A stretch of 64,000 bases of DNA from NCBI GenBank assembly GCA_958009085.1, contig OY253672.1:62001-126000 (forward strand). The letters are read 5' to 3'. Numbering within the stretch: position 1 is the first letter of the stretch; each line of letters starts with the position of its first letter. The stretch is from Protoeuglena noctilucae (lineage: Eukaryota). The notes beneath the pieces are model-generated. The model saw nothing but the letters and a program-made list of their open reading frames with translations, made no database searches and was not told the origin of the DNA. A program made the position numbers and the translations under genes. Below are positions 24,761 to 34,800 of the stretch, one piece after another.

Positions 24761-27700
24761 ATGGGTCCCCACATGGGGGCCCACAAGTACGCGGGGACGC
24801 GGCTGGAGGCGAGGCGCCGCAATTGGTGGCCTTCTTATGTCGTCAACAACGACATCGTTGCTTCTGGAGGACTAGGCGGCCACGGTATGCGCGGCGGATA
24901 GCGCCAACACTGCTGTCGCTCACTGTTTCCGCATCCCTCCTCGCGCTCAGATGGTCGCGTCGACGGACAAACCTACGACGCTGATACGCCTGCAGCCCGG
25001 CCTGCGGAGGGCCGACCTGGACCAGGCGAGTGGTCGCGCCCTCAGAGCGCCCCGTCCAGCGCACGCCGCATGCCGGCGCTGGGCAGCCATACCTCCTTCC
25101 ATTCACATCATGTTGCAGGAAACGCTGGCGAAGGCGGTGGAGGCCGAGTACTACTGGAGGCGAGTGGCATGCGTGCAGGGCGCTGCGGCGCTCATGGTGT
25201 GGCGAGCAGAGCTGACCACGGAGCTCCGCGCTCTCTCCGCTGCAGACTCCTCGAGACTTTGGGGGCGCGACCCTCGCCGGAGCAGAGCGCCGAGCTCCTC
25301 GGGACCCTGCGCGCGTGCTTCCCCGACCTGGTGTCGCACCTGTCCCTGCGCATGGCGGGTGCGGCAGGCGACGCCGCGCCTCCCGGCGGCCGCCGCTGCC
25401 TCGTCCGCTGCACCCCCGCCCCGCCCCCCGCCCCGCAGGTCTCTACACGGCCCAGTATGACGAGGTGGCCATCACGCAGCCGCCGTCGCAGGCGCGGCCG
25501 GGGGGGCTGGGAGAGCCGACCACCGCGGGCCGCGCGGCGCAGCGAGAGGAGGCGAGACACCCAGGCGAGTGCGGGCCGACTGCCGTGGCGATAAGGATCC
25601 CAGCCTCAGCCACTGCCGAGTAGCGCGCATGCCTCCCCGCCCCCGCAGTGCATGACCCCCGCCACCAGCGCAGCTCGGCGTTCCTGCGGGCGCTGCGTCC
25701 GAGTCCCGACGAGGATCAGCGGATCCAGAACATCCGCAACGCGCAGCTGCTGGGCCGCATACGAGGGGTGCCGGCCGCAGACGAGGCGGAGGGGGCGGGG
25801 GAGGACGCGGATGCGCAGGAGCTGAAGGGGTGAGGGGACCGACAAGGGAGGAGGCGAAGGGTGAGAGGGTGATATGGGTCAGGGCTCGGCGGCTGACCAC
25901 GCCTTGCCTCCTCTCCCGCTTGCAGGGCCGGCTTCAGCGCCTTCACGTCCTACACGTCCAAGTTCCTGTTCCCCTTCTCGCTCGTGGCCTCGTCGCAGCT
26001 GCACGCGCGCAAGCTCGACGCGGAGAAGCAGCCGGGGTCCCCGGGGGGCGCCGTGGCCGACGGGGCCCGCCCGCCCCCCGACGCAGCGGTGCGGCGGTTC
26101 GTGAGGCAGCTCAAGCGCACGCGCAACGCAAGGGGCATTGTGGCGCCGCCCACGCCCGAGGCGGACGGGCGCATCTTCACGGTGCCGCGGGGGGCCGAGG
26201 ACCCCTCTCCCCTGGGGGGGGCGCTGAGCGGCGCGTGGGAGCGAGTCGGGGGGCAAGGGGGGGCGTCGTTGGCTGCGGCGCCTGCGGAGGGGCTGGCGGA
26301 GCCTGGCCCGGACTCCCCGGGGCAGGTCGGGGCGGGGCGCGAGGGCGGGGCGCGCCCGTGGCCCTCCCCGGCCCCGCGGGGTCGCCGGGAGCACGTCCGG
26401 CGGATGGTGCGGGCGGCGCTGGGGCGCTCCCCGCCCCCGACCCCCGCGTCCCCCCCCTCGCCGCGCCCGCGTGGCGCGGGGGTCGCGGCTGCTGGGGGTG
26501 GTGTCGGCGGCCGTCGCCCAGCGCGAGGCGGCGGAGGTGCGGCGGGCGGAGGAGACCCCGAACCCCGTCCGCATCCACGCGGCGCTGGCGGGCCTGCCCG
26601 GGCCCCACGCCGTGGACACCAAGGTCCGCGCCGAGCTGCAGCGCAAGTTCCACGTGACGGACGAGCTGGCCCAGCACTTCCAGTCCTCCTTCGCCCAGTC
26701 CCTCACGCACTGGGTCGAGCATGAGGCGTCCCTGGCCGTACGGTGAGCTGCGATGGGGCGGAGGCGGGGCGAGGTGGGCCAGGGTGATGCGCTGCTTCCG
26801 ACGCCCGCGCCCCACACGGCCGCCCACAGGAGGAAGCTGGGGACGTCGTCGCTTCGGACGGCGTGCGAGTGCCTGCTGGGCCCCGTGGTCATCGAGCTCA
26901 TCGTCAAGACGACGACTTATTTGTATGCGCGCGTGGTGCTGGCGAACGGGGTGACGCCGCGGGGGTCCCAGATCGGCCGGGTCGCGGCGGAGCAGGACGC
27001 CCGGATGGACGCCATGCTGTCGCTGTGGCAGCGGCTGGTGCTGTCGTGGCGCGCGGGCACCCGCGAGGCGGCGTCCCTGGGCCTCAGCACCGTGCTGCCC
27101 CTCGTGCTCCTCTCCCTGCGCGGCACCGTGCTGCAGATCATCAACTGGCTGCTGCCCTTCTGGTCCTCCACCGACGTCGGGCAGGTGGGCCAGCAGGAGA
27201 TGGCCGAGTGCATCAGCGAGGTCTTCGACCCCCAGGGGTACTACTCGGACCTCTCGGTCCTGCAGAGCCACGCCTCGGCCGTGCGCATCGTCAGCGCCTA
27301 CAGCACGCACTCCCACATCCCCGCCCACTACCGCGCGGGCGACCTGTCCCCGGCGGTCAAGGCCGTCATCAACCAGCCGCGCTCCAGCGAGGTGCGCCGC
27401 ATGCTGGCACTGGGGGGAGGGGGGGCGACCCACGCCGACGGCGGGGCGGGCAGGGCAGCGCCGCCGGGGGGGGCACCCCCGCGGCCGCAGCCGCCGGCCG
27501 CCGCCCCGCACCCGGCCCCGGCTCCCCGGAGCGCCCGCACGCCGCCGGGGGGGTACCCGCTCAAGTCGCGCCCGCTGTCGTCCCGGGAGCGTGTCCTGCG
27601 CAGGTGAGCGCCGGTCCAGGGGCACCACGGGCGGTGGCCCGCGGCTCCATGCTGCGAGCGGCGGCCCCTGACCCACCCTGCCCCGGCTCGCAGCGCCCCC

Positions 27701-28075
27701 CCCGCCGAGTCCCCATGGGCAGCCGACGCGGCCGGGGCCAAGGCCGGCGGCGGCGCGCCGGTGCTCGTGTCGTCCCCCGAGAGCCGAGTGAGGCTGGGCA
27801 AGAAGGTCCTGCAGAAGATCGAATCGCTGGCGCGGGCAGGTGCGGGGCGGGCGGACGCCGAGACGGGCCGCCCGGCATGCGTTTGCGGCGTGACTGAGGC
27901 GTCGCGCTGGCTGACGCGCAGGGAGGTCGACGGCGGGCGGACCGATCGAGCACGACGCGTCTCGGTCCTCGAGGGAGGCATGGCTGCTTTCAACGTGGCA
28001 CCCCGGCGCGGGGCCGACGGGTGGCAGCGGCGCGCACTTGCGGGGGCCGGCGTGACAAGGCAGCTAGCCAGCTAG
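24761..28075 (+). CDS. Hypothetical protein, many exons (could be two genes)
   Basis: Series of coding-like exons with GT/GC-AG boundaries (ETLAKAVEAEYYWR; FSAFTSYTSKFLFPF; LPLVLLSLRGTV...ISEVFDPQGYYS). No family recognised. Confidence 0.55.
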
Positions 28076-28124
28076 GAATGAAAATGGAAACGGTCAATGG
28101 ACGTCACGTTTGAATCGAAGCGGG

Positions 28125-30175
28125 TCAAATCGGCAGCGGGCACAGGCTGCTGCAGTCGGTGGCAAGGAGGTCCTCGATCATGTCGACGTCGAGGGGGAGC
28201 GGGCTGGGCAGGGTCTCCACCTCCCACGAGCCCATCCACTTCAACAGGCTAGAGTCATGGGGCTGGGGCAGGGGCGCTGAGAAAGGCAGCACTTGAACTG
28301 GCGTGTTGAGCGCCTCGATGCCTGCAGAAGACTCTGAAGACGGGCGTCGTGTGTTGGGGCTCGGCATCTCTGTGGTTTGCACACGCCTCTTCTTTGATAG
28401 GGGTCGCGAAACTGAATCGTCCGAGTCCAGCGTACGCTCTGTTGTGCGAGCCTGGGGCGAGTCTCGCTTTCCTGACTTGAGACGAAGAACAGCGCGGTGT
28501 AACCCAGATGTAGAATTGCAATCTTCTTGCGAGGAGAAAGACGATGTAGTCCCCAACGAAGATGATTTAGCACCGCTTTTTCCGTGGCGCCTCTTGAATA
28601 AGTCCTTGTATCCTGCTTGTCTAAGGTTTCTGCGCACAATAAGGAGCCCCTGACTGGTGGCAAGAATAAACTGCAAATCTCCGCTGCTGCAAAAGATAGA
28701 AGCGACCAAGGGTCACCTGAGGTCAGCGCCAAAGTCTTGATTGGGGTCTTCGTATATAGCCTTATATTTCCCCTCTAATCTGCGAGTAAAAGATGCTGAA
28801 ACTGTAATATATACAAATGCACATATGCAACTTATCCTGTTCCACTGCACCGTACCTCTGCTTCATGTCCTGCAAATGCTGATACGCAGCTCCCGTCTTG
28901 TATGCCTTTTGAAGTTCCTCGGATATTTGCTCGATTAAATTTCTAAGACTCATAAGCTTCCTGCGAGAAAAAATGATAGACGATGTTATAAAGATAAAGA
29001 AACTTCCCTCTGTGCTTTGGACAAATTTTTAATATTAAACTGTAAGGCCACCGAGGAACGTTTTCCTTGCGGCAAAATTTTTTCAGAACTGTAATACCGA
29101 CGCCCAAAATGGTCACCGCCTCTCCAATAGGGAGGTGATACAACGCGGCAATCCTCCCTTTGGTCTGCGAACATTATAACTCTTTACAGTGAAAGCGATA
29201 CAAATGTCTCTTTCAAGATGATGCTCGATTTATGTGCCTTACCAGAAAATTGCTGGCATCTTTACAGCGGCTCAATGATTCCGGAAGTGTCTTCCCATGC
29301 AGAGCATCGGTGCCGCACTCTAACGCACAATTGTTGTAGGGGTAGGTCATGAGCTCATTGTAATAGCCTGCAAAGGAAGATAATAATTATTTAAATCATT
29401 CCAGTATCTTTAATATTAAGAAGTGTATTTATCATTTGGGTTGACGTGGAGCTGCAACACAATTGACGCGTACCTTGTGGTGTGTGCTGTTCCGGTCGCA
29501 GGGGCGTCAGACACGTCAAATTTCGAAGAGCATGTTCTGCGTCATACACGAGCTTCGGAGTCTTGACAGGTCCGAGTAGAGCACTTGGTGAGTAAGCGTC
29601 AATCATGATGTCCCCCATCATCCTGCAGGTATAAAGAGAGGTAGCCGCTGGTTGTTTTTGAAAGAACTTTCTGAAAAACGTTGCGAAGGACATGTTTGAG
29701 CAGGCGGGTGAACACAACAGGGGAGTGAAGGCATTTGTGGGTTCGAAAACATCAGCGAGTGTTTGCCAAAAGGAAAATGTCGCAGACATTTTGCGATGCA
29801 CGTATTGTGGGCCTTGTTCTGTCGATCGTACATGTCAAGTCCCACAAATTAGCACTAAAAGTCTCGACCATCATAACAAACAGAGCGGCAAACGTGTAAA
29901 TTGGCGCAAAATTAGTCGCACCGAGGGTGGCAGGTGCAACCACATGGATAGATAAAGCGTTTTAATAAGGGTTTGTAAAATGTCTTATCTAGTTGATACC
30001 TCATTAAATCATTACACTGCACTCCCGTAAAGCGCGAGGAGGCAAAGCGCAAGCGCAAACGAAGCATTTGCAAAGGGGAGCCCGGGACGAGCCCAGCGGA
30101 GCCAAGGGCCACGTTGGAACGTCGCAATCGGTTGGCTGACGTGCCGATAAGAAGTGGTGTGCGTCACCTGGTCAT
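28125..30175 (-). CDS. RWP-RK transcription factor, RKD-like
   Basis: Spliced LTKGRIAALYHLPIGEAVTILGVGITVLKKFCRKENVPRWPYR|KLMSLRNLIE, followed by AIYEDPNQDFGADLRNLRQAGYKDLFKRR, resembling the RKD C-terminal motif. First micro-exon proposed at 30175-30168; alternative start at 29621. One donor (29039) is non-canonical. Confidence 0.85.
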
Positions 30176-30465
30176 GGCGGCCTCCGGGTGGCTCCACCGC
30201 GAGGCGGAAGGGTGCAGAAAGGGTTCGAGACCTTCTCTCTTCCAAACCTCGATCTTTGGCGACGGCAACCTCGTCCCCTGCCCCCTCTACCTCTAGCCGT
30301 CGAAGCTAATTTTCTTGTAGCAACAAGCGCAGAGACAGTCGCAACGAAGCTTTAAAAGCGGAGAGGACGCTTCTGTTCGACGCACTCTGCACTCGTGCCC
30401 CACTACACGCGACCCAAAGCAGCTGATAGCATGCGTCGTGACTTGCGATGAAAAAATGCCAAATA
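30015..30465. repeat. Left arm of a degenerate inverted repeat (putative promoter plus first exon of the RWP-RK gene)
   Basis: Reverse complement of about 31405-31842. Shared blocks include cactgcactccc, gggccacgttggaac, catggcggcctccgggtggctcc, aaagcggagaggacgc, gcactcgtgccccactaca and gtgacttgc. Confidence 0.9.
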
Positions 30466-31332
30466 TTTTTTTTTTTGGCCACTGAGGAAGTCAAGAGGCT
30501 AAGCGGCTAGGATACCCTAAAAAACCCTACCTGCCGAAAGGGAGGCGGAGAAGATGTGAAGATGAAGAATAGACCTAGGAAGGAGAAAATTAGGAGGGGA
30601 TAGGAGGAGCCGCATAGACCAAAACCAGCTGCAGATAAGAAGAGCCACACCCAGCCCAGCCCCTCAGCCCGGTTCCCCCGGGACGTCGCTTGGGGGGGGC
30701 GGCTGTGGAGGTGGAGGAACCCGACGGGGAGGGAAGGATGAGAAGAGGTCCGGAGTGACGGTGAAGGCCTTGAAGCAGAAGCAGCAGAGCCAGCCGGAAG
30801 CCACGACGGAAGGGAAGGCTCGTGGAGGTCTTGGATCATAGCCGCAGCCAGGGAGGCGAGGCGGTTATGGAAGGCTATGGCCGACGAGATCCTGTGGCCG
30901 GCGTAGGAGACGATGCGAGCGGCCCCTGCCCACGCTGGGGCATGGGGAGGGTCGAGAAGCAGCATGGGGTGCGCCTGGGAGCGGATGGCCCGTGCGCCAG
31001 TAGCGGCGGGCAGTGATGATGGCATGGAGAGTCTCAGATCAGAAAAGGCGCCAAGCGGGGGACTTGAGGAGCTCTGAGCTGGCATGGGCAGCGCCAAAGC
31101 GGAGGAGGAGCGCAGTAGGGGCGCCACGGTGATAATATATGCCATCTCCAAAATATAGGAAACGGGGCGAGGTAATGAAGCTAGTAAGGCGGTGGTGCTG
31201 CGTGGAAACAATATTAAGTTTAGAAGTACGGGAAATCCATGCCTGGCGGTGGGGGTAGCGGATGAGGGCTAGGTGGGTGAACTTGGGACCCCTGCGCTTG
31301 TCGTAAGCGGAGATGGCGAGGTGGCCAGGGCT
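30466..31332 (-). mobile_element. 5'-truncated, degenerate Penelope-like retroelement (Naiad/Chlamys-type), with a terminal A-run
   Basis: Minus-strand translation LAISAYDKRRGPKFTHLALIRYPHRQAWISRTSKLNIVSTQHHRL resembles the PLE RT thumb (YDKR..F...P...S.I....Q..R). It is frameshifted, ends in an A-run at 30466-30476 and is homologous to 50761-51290. Confidence 0.7.
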
Positions 31333-31404
31333 AAAAAAATTCGAATTGTCAGAGCCCTTGTGTCCATGCGGTTTAAGTATCGAACAACCTCCCGTTCAAA
31401 CGCT

Positions 31405-31842
31405 GCATATGGGCAGTGTTGCATTGCAAGTCACAGCGTGTGCTCTCAGCTGCTTTTGCGTCGCTTGTAGTGGGGCACGAGTGCTCCGTGCGTCTGGACG
31501 GAGCGTCCTCTCCGCTTTCGAAGCCTCGTCGCTGCTGTCGCTGCGCTCGTTGCTACGACGATCTTAGTTGCCTTGGATAGAGGGGTAGCGGGCAGGGGAA
31601 GTGGTTGCCGTCGCCGAAGGCCGCGGCTCGGAAGACAGAAGGACTCACACTCATTTCGCCGACTTCCGCCTCGCGCCGGAGCCACCCGGAGGCCGCCATG
31701 AGCAGGTGAGGCATTCTTGTTCACATAAGTGCGTCAGCGAACCTATTGCGGAGTTCCAACGTGGCCCTGGGCTCGCACGGGAACAGGTGCGAATGCCTCG
31801 CTTGCGCTTTGCGTCCTCTGCGCTTTGCGGGAGTGCAGTGTG
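31405..31842. repeat. Right arm of the degenerate inverted repeat (putative promoter plus first exon of the PKS)
   Basis: See left arm. Contains GCCGCCATGAGCAG|GTGAGG at 31692-31711. Confidence 0.9.
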
Positions 31843-34800
31843 CTGGGTTAGCTGAATGTCGACCAAATGAAAGGTTCGAGTGACCCATGTGAGGGTTGCA
31901 CATTGCTTGCCATCCCCAGTTTTAGTGATGTAACAAGTTTGCGACTGACCCTTCACACCTTCGTTGCTCTTTCGCTATGGTGGATGTTTAAAGTGCTAAT
32001 ATGTGGGGCTTTGCAATGTAGAGTCGACAGCATAGGGCGCACAATATGTGCAGCACTGATGCCATGCAAAAAGTAGTTGGAAGGATGTTGCACGTAAGTA
32101 TATAAGTCTTAAACGTATGTATGATAGATATGACAAATTCGCATTGTCCGTCTTTACAGGTCGCCATGTGACGAGGTCCTCTATGAGGACTATGAAACAT
32201 CACCGGACCAGGCAAGTCCGGCCATTGCTTTTGTTTGCACAATGTAAATAAACGCCAATAACCACTAAATTTCAAAAACTGAAATTGCAAAACAACCTCG
32301 CTGCAGATGAGCTTTGGAAGCGACACCTCATCTTTTGCACCGTGGGCAGTCGACCATGCTTCTGCAGATGTCATATTCGTCATAAGTGCGACTGCAAGCA
32401 AGTACCCCACCAATGTGGCAGTCGCAGGGCCCGACTGCAGTGCCATTGTCAGTCAAAACAGGTGGGATGTTGACACATGGTCGTTTGCAGGCCAAGTGCC
32501 GTTGAGATTTTCGAGCTTAATGGAAGGTGTGGAAATGTTTGACAACAACGCGTTTAGCATGTCTCAGCAAGAGGTGAGGCACATGGATCCCCAAGCTAGA
32601 CTTCTTCTCCAGCAGACAGCAGAAGTGTTTACTTTTAGTGGGCACTTGCGTCTGAAGTCTCTTGAGATTGGGGTGGTTGTAGGTACATATCAGGACGAGT
32701 ATGGCCCCACAGCAGCGAAAGCTTTGAGCATGACATCTTACGACGTCACAAACATGGTCACATGCCCGCAAGCAGGGCGAATTTCGTATTTCTTCGGCCT
32801 TAAAGGCTCATGCTGTACAGTTGATACAGCGTGCTCATCAGCCCTTGTGTCGGCAAACCTTGCCGTGTCCTCGCTGCAAAGCACCAACTCTCCAGCACAT
32901 GTTGTTGCATCTGTTAATTTAGTAATGCCCATCATGCAAGCCGCGTGCACTGTCGCTAATATGCTGAGTGCAGATGGACGCTCAAAGACATTGGACGCAG
33001 CAGCAGATGGATACGGGCGTGCTGAAGCATGCTTTGTTCATTTGTTTGAGAGCCAATTAATTGGTGACGGCACTGACAAGGCAATGGCAATTGTAATGGC
33101 TTCTCATGTCAATCAAGATGGCCGATCCAGCTCTCTCACGGCTCCTCATGGTCCATCTCAAGAGCGGCTTGTGGTAGACGCTATGATCAAGGCACGAGTC
33201 GGGCCGAATGATGTCGGCTACTATGAACTTCATGGCACTGGTAAGTGCTGCCACTCGCACATGTTAACAACGCATTGATGTCTTTTGGCTTGAGTAGTAT
33301 GCCCTTCTCGCTATGCAGGTACAGCTTTGGGCGACCCAATTGAGATCGGGGCGCTGACCAACAGCATGTGCAGGGAACAAGATGCTTCAACGCCGTTATA
33401 CATCAGTGCCACAAAATCGCACTTTGGGCACAGTGAGACAGCAGCAGGGTCTGTCGGTGTCGTTCAGGCAATCATGCACCTTGATATTCTCGGCTCCAGT
33501 GACATTTTACATCTGCGTTCTTTAAATAATATAATAACAAATGTAATAAATAAGTCATACAAAAACGGTGGCAGGTTTGTTACGGTGGGTAGAGAAGTTG
33601 GTCCAACACCATTGCATAACATGACATTTGCTGGTGTCAGTGGATTTGCTTTCCAAGGGACTTACGCGCACATCATCTTAGGCCGCTCGCCGGCCTCGTC
33701 GTGCGTCCTAACCAAAAGCATGTTGGCATGGGAGAATGCCTTTTTCTGGATGTTCCCTCCGACTCTTGCTCCTCTTTCGGCAGTGCAGGTTGCGTCAAAT
33801 CATATATATATATATATATATTTATATACGCTGCAAATGTAGTGGCATGGGTAGACTTTGCCAGTGAGTGTCTGTACCACGTAAACGTTGGTGCTAATTT
33901 ATCTCTCACAAACGCGGTAGAAGTAAAAGAACTAACAAATAAAAACCGTGTTGGCGATAGCAATGTCAGAATTCGCCTTAATGTGGATGATGGAAAGATA
34001 TTTGTTTCATGTGGCGATGCAACATTCGCTGAGGCAACAACATCAACCATGAATAACTGTGCACAGGAATGCAGGAGGTGTCCTTTAGTCAGCCTGTCGC
34101 GACAGACAGTTGTGACTCCAGCTTGCACTCTTGGCTGCGTGTTCCAAAGAAATGCTGATTTATCGCCTCTCCTTGCAACGTTGAGGTGCGCGACATCCAG
34201 TGTCGATACCACTCCATCTCCTTTGCAGCCTAACTACTCATTTTGGCACAGGCAACCGAATAGTCCCACGTGGGTGTCGCTTGAACATCAACGGAGTGCC
34301 GTGGTGGGCCGTGCCGCTACAGACAACAGCGAGCAATCATGTTGTTTTGTATTGGATCCCGCAAAGCTTTATTGTCATGCAGCACTCAGCAGCCCACTGA
34401 ATTTTAGGCTAGCATATGTTGAGGAGGTACAGGCATTCCAAAGCGCATCCTCGACGTTACCCACATACAGCAGCAACATTTTGTGCATAGAGGGTACAAA
34501 ATCATTCATTTACTGTCAAAAGTCTTACTATCTGTCTGTTTTACAAACTTTGATAACACAAGGTGTCAAGGATGTGAAATCAGTAGATAAAACATGTAGC
34601 TGCTTTGTGACCTGTCATGCAGCCCCACGTGATGACAACGTGGGTGCTCTATTTAGGGTTGCAAGATCAGAACGGGGATTGGAGCATTGGACTTCATACC
34701 AATCAAGTTTCCTTTCAAATATGGCTACTGTAAGGAGCAGCACCGATAACGACTGCATGTCCTTTTCAAACATATTATTTAACTCTTGCCTTACGGAAGC

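Noticed and set aside
28125..29621. Calling the RWP-RK gene MID
   Set aside because: It has an RKD-like motif after the RWP-RK domain and a long C-terminal tail, unlike short MID proteins. Orthology needs a phylogeny.
30477..30540. Hammerhead ribozyme at the retroelement end (ctgagga)
   Set aside because: The core-like motif is on the antisense strand, and I could not place the GAAA or the stems.
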